64,000 nucleotides of DNA from Acidimicrobiia bacterium (GCA_965203555.1 CBDBCY010000004.1:704001-768000); one strand, 5' to 3'. Counted from the stretch's first letter, positions 37,328 to 48,329 are shown. Numbers and translations are program-made. The notes: generated from the sequence alone by a model not told the origin.

Positions 37328-40300
37328 CTAATAGGGTATAACGTCGGCGGAGCCCTTTCGCCGCATGGCGTTCTGATCATCCGGCGGCCACATCCGGCGC
37401 ATGAATTGCAGCACCCCCGCCAGGATCGGACGGGGGGCGGGGATGAACAGCAGCCCCGTATTCGACTGGTAGAAGGACCCCGGCGCCAGGCGCTGCGCTC
37501 TTACCCGCTGAGACTCCCTCAGGCTCACCCCCGACAGCCGCACCTCCCCCCGAACGGCCATAACTTCACTGATCCCCACCCTGAGGCACTCCACCCGCAA
37601 CGCCGCAATTGCGGCCAACGTTTCGGCCTGGGGAGGCAACGGGCCGTAGCGATCCACCCAACCTTCCACCACCTCCTCCACCTGCCGGTGGGTGACGGAC
37701 GAGGCCAGCCGGCGGTATGCCTCCAGTCGCAGCGCCTGTTCGGCTACGTAGTGGTCCGGCAGGTGGGCGTCAACGGCCAGATCGATCCTCACCGACGGCG
37801 TATCCGAATCAACCGCAACGGGCCTGCCTTCCAATTCTCCCACCGCTTCGGCCACCAGTTCGGTGTAAAGATCCAACCCCACCGCCTGCAGATGACCCGA
37901 CTGGACCCTGCTGAGTATCGACCCCGCTCCCCTGATCTCCAAGTCCCGGAAGGCGACATCGAACCCGGCGCCAAAGTCGGTGGCCAGACCGATGGCCTGG
38001 AGCCGGCGGTGAGCAGACTCGGACAGCACCCGGTCGACCGGATGGAACAGGTAGGCGTAGGCGCGGTGGTGCGACCTTCCCACTCTGCCCCGGAGCTGAT
38101 AGAGCTGGGCAAGCCCGATCCGGTCGGCCCGTTCCACGATCAGGGTGTTGACCTGGGGCAGGTCAAGCCCCGACTCGATGATGGTGGTGGAGACCAAGAC
38201 GTCGTAGCGACGGTTCCAGTAGTCGATCATCACCTGTTCCAACTGGGCCTCTGACATCTGTCCGTGAGCCACCGCCAACCGGGCGCGGGGAACCAGGTCG
38301 GCCAGTCGGGCCACCGCGTGATCAATGGAAAGCACCCGGTTGTGAACGTAGAAGACCTGGCCCTCCCGCAGCAACTCGCGGCGGATGGCCATCGACACCG
38401 TTTGCTCGTCGTAGGGCCCCACGTAGGTGAGGATGGGGCGGCGACCCCGGGGCGGGACCCGGATGTGGGAGACATCCCGGATTCCGGTCAACGCCATCTC
38501 CAGGGTGCGAGGAATGGGAGTGGCGGTAAGAGTCAGGACATCCACTCCCACTTTCATGTGTCGCAAGGCATCCTTGGCAGCCACCCCGAATCGCTGTTCC
38601 TCGTCCACCACCAGCAACCCCAGGTCGCGGAACCGGACATCCCTGGACAGCAGCCGGTGGGTCCCGATCACCACGTCCACTTCCCCCGACGCCAGCCTGG
38701 CAACCACCTTGCGGGCCTGACCGGGAGTGAGAAAACGGGAGAGCACCGCCACTTCCGCTCCGTGGGGTGATAGCCGGTCCGAGAAAGTTTGGTGATGCTG
38801 CTGTGCCAGAATGGTGGTGGGACACAGCACCGCCACCTGCTTTCGGTCCATAACCGCTTTGAATGCCGCCCGCACCGCCACCTCGGTCTTACCGAACCCC
38901 ACATCGCCGAAGATCAACCTGTCCATCGGCCGGTCCGACTCCATGTCCGCCTTGACGTCGCGGATCGCTTTCACCTGGTCGGAGGTCTCCTCGTAGGGAA
39001 AGGCTGCCTCCAGTTCCTGCTGCCACGGAGTGTCGGGGGAAAAGGAGTACCCTGCCGCCGCCGAGCGGGCCCGGTGCAGGGACACCACCTCCTCGGCCAC
39101 CAATTGCACTTCGTTTCTCACCCTTTCCCGGGTGGCAGCCCAGTCCTTGCCTCCCATCCGGGACAACCGGGGCGCCTCCCCTCCCGTGTAGCGGGTGATC
39201 AGAGAAAGCTGGTCGACCGGAACGTAGAGACGGTCTCCACCGGCATACGCCACCAGCAGATAGTCCCTCTCCACCCCGGCCATGGACTCCGAGACGAGGC
39301 CTTCGAATCTTCCGATCCCGTGCTGGTAGTGGACAACGTAGTCTCCCGGAGAAAGGTCACGGGTCCCGACCGCGCTCTTCCGGCCTCTCCGGGGAGCGCG
39401 ATGGGCCCGGTGTCGTCCGGCCAACTCCCGCTCGCCCACCACCGCCACCGATGGGGACTCCAGGACAAAGCCCCGACGGATACCTCGTGGGACAATCGCT
39501 GATCCTTCATCGGCCAAGCGTTCCCGGCGCGGGATGGCCATGCCTTCTTCCGCCAGCACCCCGGCCCACCGGTCGGCGGCGGCCGCGCCCTCTATCGCCA
39601 CCACCACTTTCACTTCTTCGGAACGAAGCCGGGCAAGTGCGGCGGCGATCGCAGGTCCGTCTCCCGCCGCGGCGGCGAGGCGCCGCACCTCCAACACGTC
39701 ATCGAAAGGACCCATCGGAACCGAGGGCATTTCCAGAACAGGACGGTTGGACAGCGCATCCTCGAGCGACTGGTACAGCCGAGGATTCCCCGCCGCCATC
39801 CGGGGCGCCTCCGACCAAGTTTCGGAGAGTTCCCCGGCCAATTCCTCCTCCTCGGACAAAAGAGTGCGGGAGCGACCGATGGAGCGGGGAGGATCAGTCA
39901 CCACCACCAGGGCATCGGAATCCAGGTCGTCCAAGAGACACCGGGCGGGGGCAACCCAGGGCATCCATGATTCCATGCCCTCGAATATCTCCTGCTGCGC
40001 CAGGCGTTCCCAGCGGTCGGCGCCCCACGGGTAGTCAGACATAAGTTCCCGTGCCTTGGCAACTACCCGGGGATCGGGACGAAACTCCCGGGCCGGGTAG
40101 AACACCGCTTCATCGCCATACTCATCGGAACGCTGGGTGGAGGGAGAAAAGAACCTGATCTCCTCGATCTCGTCCCCCCAGAAGTCGAGGCGGGTCGGTC
40201 GACCGGCGGCCGCCGGGTATACGTCGACGATCCCGCCCCGGACCGCCATCTCCCCCGGCGCCTCCACTCTGACCACCCTTTCGAAACCCGAAGCGGCCAA

Positions 40301-40738
40301 GCTGCCGACCACCTCCTGAAGGGGGATGGATTGGCCCCGCCGGACAACTAGCGGGGCCGGGTCGGAAGGACTGAGGCGTTGGGTCACGGCCCGGACCGAG
40401 GCCACCACTGCCAGCCCGGGCGCCGGGTCGGCCACCGCGTTCACCGCGCGGCAGCGATGCGCCATGGTCGACTGGTTGGGAGAGAGACGTTCGAACGGAA
40501 GGGTCTCCCAGGCCGGGAGCAAGATCACCTCGTCGCAGAAGAGCGACATGTCTTCGGCCAGTTCTTCGGCTTCCCGCTCTTCGGCAACCACCACCACCAG
40601 CGGGCCTTCGCTTCTTCGCGCCAGCGCCGACAGCGCTATGGCGCGCCCCTCCGGAGCCACCGCCCAGCGCCCCGGGGGTGCCGGGAAGCGGGCCGGAAGC
40701 CATCTGTCCACAAGAACCGAAAGCGGTGGTGAGGCCAA
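37328..40738 (-). CDS. mfd: transcription-repair coupling factor
   Basis: RGGIVD, CarD-like [48 protein letters not shown]-terminus. Confidence 0.98.
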   Translation of the reverse strand: MASPPLSVLVDRWLPARFPAPPGRWAVAPEGRAIALSALARRSEGPLVVVVAEEREAEELAEDMSLFCDEVILLPAWETLPFERLSPNQSTMAHRCRAVNAVADPAPGLAVVASVRAVTQRLSPSDPAPLVVRRGQSIPLQEVVGSLAASGFERVVRVEAPGEMAVRGGIVDVYPAAAGRPTRLDFWGDEIEEIRFFSPSTQRSDEYGDEAVFYPAREFRPDPRVVAKARELMSDYPWGADRWERLAQQEIFEGMESWMPWVAPARCLLDDLDSDALVVVTDPPRSIGRSRTLLSEEEELAGELSETWSEAPRMAAGNPRLYQSLEDALSNRPVLEMPSVPMGPFDDVLEVRRLAAAAGDGPAIAAALARLRSEEVKVVVAIEGAAAADRWAGVLAEEGMAIPRRERLADEGSAIVPRGIRRGFVLESPSVAVVGERELAGRHRAHRAPRRGRKSAVGTRDLSPGDYVVHYQHGIGRFEGLVSESMAGVERDYLLVAYAGGDRLYVPVDQLSLITRYTGGEAPRLSRMGGKDWAATRERVRNEVQLVAEEVVSLHRARSAAAGYSFSPDTPWQQELEAAFPYEETSDQVKAIRDVKADMESDRPMDRLIFGDVGFGKTEVAVRAAFKAVMDRKQVAVLCPTTILAQQHHQTFSDRLSPHGAEVAVLSRFLTPGQARKVVARLASGEVDVVIGTHRLLSRDVRFRDLGLLVVDEEQRFGVAAKDALRHMKVGVDVLTLTATPIPRTLEMALTGIRDVSHIRVPPRGRRPILTYVGPYDEQTVSMAIRRELLREGQVFYVHNRVLSIDHAVARLADLVPRARLAVAHGQMSEAQLEQVMIDYWNRRYDVLVSTTIIESGLDLPQVNTLIVERADRIGLAQLYQLRGRVGRSHHRAYAYLFHPVDRVLSESAHRRLQAIGLATDFGAGFDVAFRDLEIRGAGSILSRVQSGHLQAVGLDLYTELVAEAVGELEGRPVAVDSDTPSVRIDLAVDAHLPDHYVAEQALRLEAYRRLASSVTHRQVEEVVEGWVDRYGPLPPQAETLAAIAALRVECLRVGISEVMAVRGEVRLSGVSLRESQRVRAQRLAPGSFYQSNTGLLFIPAPRPILAGVLQFMRRMWPPDDQNAMRRKGSADVIPY

Positions 40739-40923
40739 GCCCCAAGAATGTTAGAGGGTTTGCGACCGAGCTCTACCCGGCCGGCGAGACGGCAGTGATT
40801 CAATTTCGATACACCAGATCTCGTCGCCTCGCTGAAGGTAGTTGATCGGGGATATCACCGGTTGGCTGTTGAAAGGCCGGTGGGCGGCCACCATCTCATC
40901 CTGAATCTTCTACCCTGCGGAGA

Positions 40924-41136
40924 ATGTTGGGCAAAATGCTTCCCCCCCTGATTTTGGGGCTCCTCACGGTCCTGTTCCTCCTCGCGGTGGTACGACCGAT
41001 GCTCATGCTGTGGTTGATGCTGATATTCGGCGGGCTGGGCGCCTTCGCGATTTTGGGCGCCCACGCGATTTGGGGCTATGAGATAGCGCTTTGGGTCCAG
41101 GATGTCCTCACGCTGTTCGGACGCAAACGAAAATGA
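40924..41136 (+). CDS. small two-TM membrane protein, hypothetical
   Basis: 70 aa with two hydrophobic stretches and a basic tail RKRK; GGAGA directly upstream; followed by a hairpin. Confidence 0.55.
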   Translation: MLGKMLPPLILGLLTVLFLLAVVRPMLMLWLMLIFGGLGAFAILGAHAIWGYEIALWVQDVLTLFGRKRK

Positions 41137-41142
41137 AAACGC

Positions 41143-41190
41143 AGGCTGGTGTGGCCGGGTGCCCTCCTTTTCGCAGGCCCACCAGCCTTT
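41143..41190 (+). terminator. hairpin after the small membrane protein gene
   Basis: AGGCTGGTG (41143-41151) / CACCAGCCT (41180-41188) followed by TT. Confidence 0.45.
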
Positions 41191-41532
41191 ACCCCCCAAA
41201 CCGAGTCGACTATCGGCGAGACCGAGAAACCAACCCCTATCCCGCGAAAACCCGGGCCGTCTTTTCTCTCTTCGGGCCCCTCCCCCGCCGCCAACCAACC
41301 AGGGACCGAGCGCGAACCGACCGGTCCCGCCGGGAGACCCGCGTCCGAAAGAAATATGACCCCTCTGTCCACAAGAAGCGCCTGTGCGGCCCGTGCGACG
41401 TCGGAACGGACCGGGAGGTGTTGCGACCCTCTCAATGTGTCTTCGGACCTGTGACAGTGTCAACCCCTGTGCCCCTCGTTTTTTCGCGATCCGCCCCGAT
41501 ATCAAAGTCCCGGTCAGAGCAGAACAGTTAGA

Positions 41533-42510
41533 TCAGGATGACGCGATCAAACCCTCCTTGCGATACCAGGCAACCAGCTTTTGCAGGAAATCCTCAGGCC
41601 CGATGTAGGACATTCCCAGTTCCCGTACGGCCCGGCGCCCGTCGTAGCGGTGGCCATGGCTGATGGTTCGCACGTTCTCCCGGCAGAAGGGAGGGCGGCG
41701 TCCACGGAGTCTCCAAATCCCCTCGATGGTCGCTCCGGCGGCGTACGCCACCGGTTTCGGCAGGTACCTGACCCGCAGAGGACGGTCCAATTGCTTCTCC
41801 AGGATCTGCACCGCCTGGCGGATGCGCAGGCTGAAAGAGTTGAGCACATAGCGGCGCCCCGGCGCCCCTCGGGAGGCCGCCAGCAGATGCCCTCGCGCGC
41901 AGTCGTCGATGTCCACGATGCTCGCCCATGTGTCGACCATCACGGGAAGCTTTCCATTGACCAGGTCCAGGATGAGTTTCCCGGTCCCGGTCACACGTCC
42001 CGGTCCCTGCACGGAGGAAGGATTGACGATCACCAACTCCATGTCCCCGGCTTCAGTCACCACCGCCTGCTCGCCCAGGTGCTTGGAGCGGTCGTAATGG
42101 GAGAGGTAGTGACCGCGGTGGGTCGACTTTTCGTTGCCTATCTCCCCCCGGCGTTCACCCAGTACGGCGGCCGAGGACGTGAACACCATCCGGCGAACAC
42201 CCGACCGGCGAGCGGCGCGAACCACATTCACCGCCCCGGCCACATTTACTTCCTCCAATCTTTCCGGTCTTCTGGGACACATCAGATTGAGGCCGGCAAT
42301 GTGATACACCAGGTCGACACCGTTGGTGGCTTCGGGCAGGGAGGCCGGATCGGTGATGTCGCCCATCACCGGCGTGGCGCCCCAACGAGATACATGAACC
42401 GCGCCCTGATCAGACCTGACCAGCGCTCTGAGTTCGCCCCCCTGTTCCGAGAGATGGCGGAGAACAGCCGTGCCGACCACGCCGGTGGCGCCGGTTATGA
42501 GAGTTGTCAC
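41533..42510 (-). CDS. NAD-dependent epimerase/dehydratase (HpnA/DFR-like extended SDR)
   Basis: ITGATGVVG, YHIAG, FTSS, YDRSK (YxxxK), VNPS, DCARGH. Confidence 0.88.
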   Translation of the reverse strand: MTTLITGATGVVGTAVLRHLSEQGGELRALVRSDQGAVHVSRWGATPVMGDITDPASLPEATNGVDLVYHIAGLNLMCPRRPERLEEVNVAGAVNVVRAARRSGVRRMVFTSSAAVLGERRGEIGNEKSTHRGHYLSHYDRSKHLGEQAVVTEAGDMELVIVNPSSVQGPGRVTGTGKLILDLVNGKLPVMVDTWASIVDIDDCARGHLLAASRGAPGRRYVLNSFSLRIRQAVQILEKQLDRPLRVRYLPKPVAYAAGATIEGIWRLRGRRPPFCRENVRTISHGHRYDGRRAVRELGMSYIGPEDFLQKLVAWYRKEGLIASS

Positions 42511-42523
42511 GATGCGCCGCCGC

Positions 42524-43096
42524 TCAAGCGGGCGCCTTCCCACTCACCGTGCTCCAATAGCCAACCAGATAATTCCAGCCCGAACCGATGGTGAGGATCA
42601 CCGCCACCCACATTACCCACTGATCAAGATACAGTATCCCCCACGGCTCGGGAAGCCTCATCATGGCCAGCGCAATGGCCGCGAACTGCGCCGTGGTCTT
42701 GATCTTCCCCCACATGGAGGGCTTGATGAAGCCTCCGCTAACCGCCACCATTCCTCGAAGCGCCATCACAATGAATTCCCGCATCATGATCGCCAGCGCC
42801 GCCCAGACCGACACCCGGGAGACCGAAACCAGCGCCAACAGCGTAGCGGTCACCAACAACTTGTCGGCGGTGGTGTCCAGGAAGCCGCCCAGCACCGACA
42901 CACTGTTCAGCCGCCGCGCCAGGTACCCGTCCAGAAAATCGGTGAACGCTGCCACCAGGAACAGACCGAAAGCCCAGCCAAAAGCGTGCTCGAGCCGGTC
43001 GTGCGCCCTGATAACGGCGATAATGACCGGGGCCAACACCACCCGCGCCAAGGCCATCATGTCGGGAATAGTGATGGTGATGAGTCTGCTCCTCAA
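42524..43096 (-). CDS. pgsA: CDP-alcohol phosphatidyltransferase (PgsA-like)
   Basis: TDFLDGYLARR...G.FLD..ADK, REF, GKIKT..Q. Confidence 0.85.
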   Translation of the reverse strand: MRSRLITITIPDMMALARVVLAPVIIAVIRAHDRLEHAFGWAFGLFLVAAFTDFLDGYLARRLNSVSVLGGFLDTTADKLLVTATLLALVSVSRVSVWAALAIMMREFIVMALRGMVAVSGGFIKPSMWGKIKTTAQFAAIALAMMRLPEPWGILYLDQWVMWVAVILTIGSGWNYLVGYWSTVSGKAPA

Positions 43097-43267
43097 TCGT
43101 CCGATCGCGACTGCTCGCCGATTCTACCCTGTCCCGCAACATCCGTATTCCAAACCTGCCCCGTTGTGCCGAGTGTCGCCCCAAAAACATTCCTTTCAAA
43201 GCCCTTACCCAACCCTGAGGGCGGGTCTTATTCCCCCGCGTTCCCACCTCAACTATGCTTCATCCCT

Positions 43268-45175
43268 TTGGAGAAAAGGAACATCCTGGCCACGTTGCGG
43301 GGGCTCGTCGTCCTAACCGGCTTGTTGACAGCTGTCCTGCCTGTTCCCGCGAGTGCCCTGTCACTGACCGACCGGGTGGTTTTGCAGTCGGCCGATCCCG
43401 ATCCCTATGCGGCCGACCCGCTGGGACTGGTCGCCAACTACGGACTTACGTCGTTTCGAGGAACCGCGCCTGACCGGTTCGAAGTATGGGTGTGCGACGG
43501 GGTTCATGGCGCCCTCGACCTTACGCCCGAGAACGTAACGGGACTTCTGAACAGCGAGCTACCCCCGTATTTTTCCTGGGTTTCAGAGGGTCGATATGCC
43601 TTGTCGTTCGTTCCTGGAGGGTCTGTTCGAGCCAACAATCAACAAGACTGTTTGGCTTCGGTCAGCAATCGCTCGACAGGCGGGAACCATGCAGCGATTG
43701 TTGTTTCCACGCTGCATATTGATGATGCTTCCAACATATGGTCTTGGGGTGGGCCTGGCTCCTATTGTTGGGACGGTGTTTCCATCAAGTGGTGTAATGA
43801 CTTTTACCCTGACAACGGTCGGGAGGTTTGGATGGGATGGTTTACTGACGTAGGCGTTCGGTGGTCTCCCATTGCTCTGTCCTCTATCGAGAATGGGATA
43901 GGTTCACTTGATAACCTTCATGCTCTGGGATTGATGAAAACCGTCGCCCATGAGATCGGGCATACGCTCAGTTGGCCGCATTCCTTCACTGGCGAAACCG
44001 TGAATGACAATGGTGCGATAGACGAGTACGACAATCCCATGGATGTGATGAGCAGAGGGCCAACCGCAAAGTACGAGGATAATAGAGGATGGTCTACCCA
44101 TCCGGTTCTGGCGGGCACTCATGTCTTGAATCGTTATGCGGCTGGCTGGGTTCAGCCCAACCAAGTAGAGTTTCATCCTTGGGATTATGTGTCGCTGCAT
44201 GCAATAAACCCGGTTGGTTCACCCGGTACTCAGATGGTGATAATGGAATGGTCTCCGGGAGTGTTTCATTCCGTAGGAGTTCGAGTTCAGGAGTCATACG
44301 ATTCTCTCATCCAGAAAGAAGGCGTCGAAGTCTACCTAATCGACCAATCCGCCGCTCAGTGCGACAACCCCTACGAAGGTACCTGCTGGGGTTTAGACAG
44401 ACGAACAAAACCGGCCCTTTCAGAAGAAGACAACCCAGTGATTCACGTTCTAGGTCTCGAAGAATGGATTTACTGGGGGGACAGCGAAACCGATCCGGAC
44501 CGATACGAACTCAAAGTGATAGAACGGTACGGAGATACTTTCATAATCGAGATAGCCCCAGGCGATGACTACCAGACTTTCACCGACGTACCCTACGACG
44601 ATTTCTATTATGTTCCGGTGAGGTGGGCTCAATCACGGGGGATAACTACCGGTGTCGGTGATGGGCTGTTCGGGGTTCGGTCAGGTTTGAAACGAGAAGA
44701 AATGATAACTTTCCTGTGCCGAGCCTACGCACCCGACGAGTGCACAAAGGACCAGTACGACGGTAGCGGCTACTTCACCGACGTCCCAGACAACCACTGG
44801 GCCGACATCCCGATCGGCTGGGCTTTCGAAAATCACATCACCAGTGGAGTCGGGAACGGCCTCTTCGGGATGGGCCAGACCCTTACCAGAGAACAAACCA
44901 TGGCATTCCTTTACCGTGCGGAAGGAGAACCATCCACCGGCACCCTGGGCAAAGACCTTTATGACGACGTTCCCGGCGACGCCGACGCCTGGTACCAGGC
45001 ACCTATAGGTTGGGCCTACAACCAAGGAATAACAGGCGGAACGGCAACCAGAACATTCGGTTTCCGATCCACGCCCTCGAGGGAAGAAACCATGCTATTC
45101 ATGTGCCGCACCCTTGACCCGGCGATCTGCCCACCATCCAAAGAGCCGGTTACGCCGACCATAGGAAAAAGCTAG
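43268..45175 (+). CDS. secreted zinc metalloprotease (metzincin-like) with three C-terminal SLH domains
   Basis: Signal peptide ending PASA; HEIGHTLSWPH (HExxHxxxxxH) and DVMS Met-turn; three F/Y-x-DV...W...GIT.G...F...RE repeats. TTG 43268 follows TATGCT by 8 nt. Confidence 0.82.
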   Translation: MEKRNILATLRGLVVLTGLLTAVLPVPASALSLTDRVVLQSADPDPYAADPLGLVANYGLTSFRGTAPDRFEVWVCDGVHGALDLTPENVTGLLNSELPPYFSWVSEGRYALSFVPGGSVRANNQQDCLASVSNRSTGGNHAAIVVSTLHIDDASNIWSWGGPGSYCWDGVSIKWCNDFYPDNGREVWMGWFTDVGVRWSPIALSSIENGIGSLDNLHALGLMKTVAHEIGHTLSWPHSFTGETVNDNGAIDEYDNPMDVMSRGPTAKYEDNRGWSTHPVLAGTHVLNRYAAGWVQPNQVEFHPWDYVSLHAINPVGSPGTQMVIMEWSPGVFHSVGVRVQESYDSLIQKEGVEVYLIDQSAAQCDNPYEGTCWGLDRRTKPALSEEDNPVIHVLGLEEWIYWGDSETDPDRYELKVIERYGDTFIIEIAPGDDYQTFTDVPYDDFYYVPVRWAQSRGITTGVGDGLFGVRSGLKREEMITFLCRAYAPDECTKDQYDGSGYFTDVPDNHWADIPIGWAFENHITSGVGNGLFGMGQTLTREQTMAFLYRAEGEPSTGTLGKDLYDDVPGDADAWYQAPIGWAYNQGITGGTATRTFGFRSTPSREETMLFMCRTLDPAICPPSKEPVTPTIGKS

Positions 45176-45238
45176 AGTCGACAGATCACACAAGCCGTTT
45201 CAATTCCTTCATGGGGCACCGTCGGTCAGATCCGCTGT

Positions 45239-45817
45239 TCAGGCCGAGGGACGCCACTCCCCGGCCGACTGGCGAGCAGCATGCGGATCCCGGACCCAGA
45301 GTTCGGCTAAATGAGCCGCCTCATCAACTGCTTGATCTATCACGTTGCGCTCGCCCGACCGGAACCGCTTCAGAACATAGGTGGCCGGGTCCATTCCCGT
45401 AGGAGGCCTGCCCAACCCGATCTTGAGCCTCCAGAATCCGGAGTCGCCCAGCGCCTTGGCCACCGACTTCACTCCGTTGTGGCCTCCCGCCCCTCCTCCG
45501 GAACGGACCCGAAGCCTCCCGAAAGGAAGGTCGATGTCGTCATGGACAACCAACAGACCCTCGACTTCCACCCGGTGATATCTCATCAGGTAGCCGACCG
45601 ACCCGCCGGAGACGTTCATCATCCGGAGAGGAAGACCCAACAGCACCCTCTGGCTCCCAACCCTTATCCCGGTCGTCTCACACCTTGCTCGCAAAGGTCT
45701 CCGCCGCCAGCGCGCCTGATGCCAAGAGGCAAGGATTCCAACGGCCTCTGCGCCGATGTTGTGCCGGGTCCCCGAATACTCCTTGCCGGGATTCCGCAGT
45801 CCTACGATCACCTGCAC
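45239..45817 (-). CDS. pth: peptidyl-tRNA hydrolase
   Basis: GLRNPG.EY..TRHNIG, MNVSG, HDDIDLP, GGHNG, YVL. Confidence 0.96.
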   Translation of the reverse strand: MQVIVGLRNPGKEYSGTRHNIGAEAVGILASWHQARWRRRPLRARCETTGIRVGSQRVLLGLPLRMMNVSGGSVGYLMRYHRVEVEGLLVVHDDIDLPFGRLRVRSGGGAGGHNGVKSVAKALGDSGFWRLKIGLGRPPTGMDPATYVLKRFRSGERNVIDQAVDEAAHLAELWVRDPHAARQSAGEWRPSA

Positions 45818-45882
45818 TTCATCTCCCTACCCGGTGCGCCTGATGAGCCGACCTCGCCACGCGGCAGGCTCGGCCCGTCGTC

Positions 45883-46185
45883 TCAAGAATCCGAAGCGCG
45901 CAGAAAGTCCACGTGGCGAACGTAATCGCGAAATGGGTGACGGTCAACCTGGTGGGCGGTGACCGCCAATTCACGGCCGTCGTCAAAACGAAGTAACACA
46001 TCTCGCTCACCGGGACCGGTCGAGCGCAGGAATCGCTCGAACTCCTGGGAATCCACCGTCAGCAGCACCGATTCCTCCCCGCCGCCGTACACGATGGCCG
46101 GCACCCTGCCGGCGCGGACAATACGACGGGACTCCCTGCTTCCCGCCGAGCGGCCCGCCACGGCCGCCAGTGTGCGTTCTTCCAT
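45883..46185 (-). CDS. rplY: 50S ribosomal protein L25 (single-domain form)
   Basis: SRRI...G.VPAIVYG...HP....HVDF; directly upstream of pth. Confidence 0.88.
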   Translation of the reverse strand: MEERTLAAVAGRSAGSRESRRIVRAGRVPAIVYGGGEESVLLTVDSQEFERFLRSTGPGERDVLLRFDDGRELAVTAHQVDRHPFRDYVRHVDFLRASDS

Positions 46186-46255
46186 TTGTGGTCTCTTTCG
46201 TTTTCGTGCTGGAAAGCGTAATTATGCCTTGCTCAAGGCTCTATTGCCAAAGCGG

Positions 46256-46909
46256 TCAACTGAGGACGCTGCGCAGCCAGGCAACCGTCGTCTCAGCGAT
46301 GCTCCGATTCACGATCTCGGCCATCCGGACTCTCCCTCGGAACGAGTGGTCCAAACCCTCCAAGTCGACCACGGTGGCCGTTTCGAGAGTTCTGACCTCC
46401 CTATCGAACAGATCAGGCCGGGAGAAGACGTCTCTGCTCCCTCGAAAGAAGAGCATCGGGACCGAAATGCTGCCCAAATGCTCGGAGCGAAGACGGTCGG
46501 GGCGACCGGGAGGATGAAGCGGATAGGCGTACAACACCAACGCCTTGACAGGTGCGCCCTCCGCGGCAAGGTAGCTTGCGATGCGACCCCCCATGGAACG
46601 TCCCGCCAACACGGGAATCTCCCCGGTCTGTTCCATTACCCATGCCAAAACCGCCCGGTGACAGGCCAAGAGCCGCTCGGGGCGGTCCGGCCAGCGGCGA
46701 CCGTCTTCCTTGTACGGGTAATTGAAGGTAACGCAGGACACCCCCACCTTCACGAGTTCATCCCGCAGACCCACTGTAAGCGGATGGAGCGCATCCGAAC
46801 CGGCCCCGTGGGCAAGGAGCATGACAATCTCATCTCTCGGATCACCGGCCATCCACACACTGATCTCGCGCCCCGGGGCCCACTCTACGGTTGCCGTAGG
46901 TAATTCCAT
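46256..46909 (-). CDS. alpha/beta hydrolase (KANL3/Tex30-like)
   Basis: LAHGAG, FNYPY, GRSMGGR, YPLHPPG, G.RD, DHSF. Confidence 0.85.
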   Translation of the reverse strand: MELPTATVEWAPGREISVWMAGDPRDEIVMLLAHGAGSDALHPLTVGLRDELVKVGVSCVTFNYPYKEDGRRWPDRPERLLACHRAVLAWVMEQTGEIPVLAGRSMGGRIASYLAAEGAPVKALVLYAYPLHPPGRPDRLRSEHLGSISVPMLFFRGSRDVFSRPDLFDREVRTLETATVVDLEGLDHSFRGRVRMAEIVNRSIAETTVAWLRSVLS

Positions 46910-46982
46910 GCATGGAACAGTACCTTGCCGCAGGCGACACCGGTCCAACCATCCTCTGAGGAAACTCCCTACGCTCCGGGCC

Positions 46983-48329
46983 ATGCACACAAAGCCGAAG
47001 GTGGGGCTGATGCTCGCTGGGTTACTCCTGTGTTCCTGTCTCACGTCACCGCCGGAGCAGCGGGACATCGAGGAAGCCGCCCTCTCCGACACCGGCTCCA
47101 CAGAGTCATCGGCCGCGGCAATTCCCAGTTCCACCTCTCACGACGCCACCACCAAGCCTGTCCCAACAACAACCGGACCGCCCGCCACGACCGCAACCAC
47201 AGCCGTTCCCACCACCACAGCAACAACGACCCCGACCACTACCGCGCCGACCACCACCAACCCGCCCGCTGCGACCACCGTCACAACGCCGACAACCACC
47301 ACTGTGACCGCCCAGTCGGCAGATGAGGAAGGGGAAGAGGGAGAAGGACAACAACCACAATCGGCGGCGGCAGCAGCAGAAGAAGAAGAAGAAGAAGAAG
47401 AAAGACAACAAGAGGCAGCATCCGAAGAAACAAGGGAACGAGAAGAAGAACAACAACATGAAGACCCGGGAACCCGGCGGGTCCACGATGTCACGGTTTC
47501 GAGGGTCGAGTTCATGCCGGGTCTGACAGCCGACGTCCACGCACCCACCCGGCCGGGCGACTATCCGGTGGTGACCCTTACCTTCGGCAGGGGATGGAGT
47601 ATCGGAGATCGAAGCCAGTTGACGACCCTGTCCCATTACCTCGCCTCCCAGGGGATAGTGGCCGTAAACGGCGAATACCGAACGCTGCTGCGGAACGGAA
47701 GCCTCTCAACGATGGCCGAGGAAGTGGCCTGCCTGGCTGCCGCCGCCCCCGAAGTCGCCAAGCCTCATCTGACCGGGCCGGCAGGTCCGGTGTGGCTGTT
47801 GGGTTACTCCGCCGGGGCTCATCTGGCCGCCCTCGCCACGCTGGCCAGCCATTCTCTTCCCCAACAGTGCCCCCACGCACCTGCGGACATCGCCGGGATG
47901 ATCGGCCTCGGTGGGCCTTACGACCTCGATGAGTTGTGGAATTCAGGAGTTTCCGATTACTTCTTCGACTCCGAGGCCCTCGCCGAAGATCTGCCGTATC
48001 TGGAGTCCGCGCTGAGGCGGGGAGACATGATCGCCATGCAGTTCTTTCTCCGTCTCCTCACCCGTCTCACCCCCGAGGACACCGAATTGTGGGATGCCCT
48101 CAGCCCACTAAAGCTGGCCGATCGACCCCTGCAACGTTCATTCCTGCTGGTCACCGGCGACCGGGACGAACTGATCTTCCCGCTTCATGCCGAACGGTTT
48201 GCAGAGGCTTTGATTTCCGGCGGGCATCATGTGGAACTGCGGATCATTCCCCGCACCGATCATCAAGCTCTGATCGATCCCGAAAACGTGGGCGAAGCCG
48301 TCCGCTCCTTTGTGGAACACACACCCTGA
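46983..48329 (+). CDS. lipoprotein esterase (HSL/BD-FAE-like) with Thr/Pro- and Glu-rich linker
   Basis: Lipobox LCSC; long T/P and E/Q low-complexity stalk; GYSAGAHL nucleophile elbow; GDRD and DH catalytic residues. Confidence 0.8.
   Translation: MHTKPKVGLMLAGLLLCSCLTSPPEQRDIEEAALSDTGSTESSAAAIPSSTSHDATTKPVPTTTGPPATTATTAVPTTTATTTPTTTAPTTTNPPAATTVTTPTTTTVTAQSADEEGEEGEGQQPQSAAAAAEEEEEEEERQQEAASEETREREEEQQHEDPGTRRVHDVTVSRVEFMPGLTADVHAPTRPGDYPVVTLTFGRGWSIGDRSQLTTLSHYLASQGIVAVNGEYRTLLRNGSLSTMAEEVACLAAAAPEVAKPHLTGPAGPVWLLGYSAGAHLAALATLASHSLPQQCPHAPADIAGMIGLGGPYDLDELWNSGVSDYFFDSEALAEDLPYLESALRRGDMIAMQFFLRLLTRLTPEDTELWDALSPLKLADRPLQRSFLLVTGDRDELIFPLHAERFAEALISGGHHVELRIIPRTDHQALIDPENVGEAVRSFVEHTP
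47379..47402 (+). repeat. (GAA)8 microsatellite encoding poly-Glu
   Basis: Eight perfect GAA units preceded by GCG/GCA repeats. Confidence 0.9.

Noticed and set aside
42470-43267. N-terminal 266 aa of the 901-aa ORF
   Set aside because: It overlaps pgsA on the opposite strand; the signal peptide and -10 box point to TTG 43268 as the start.
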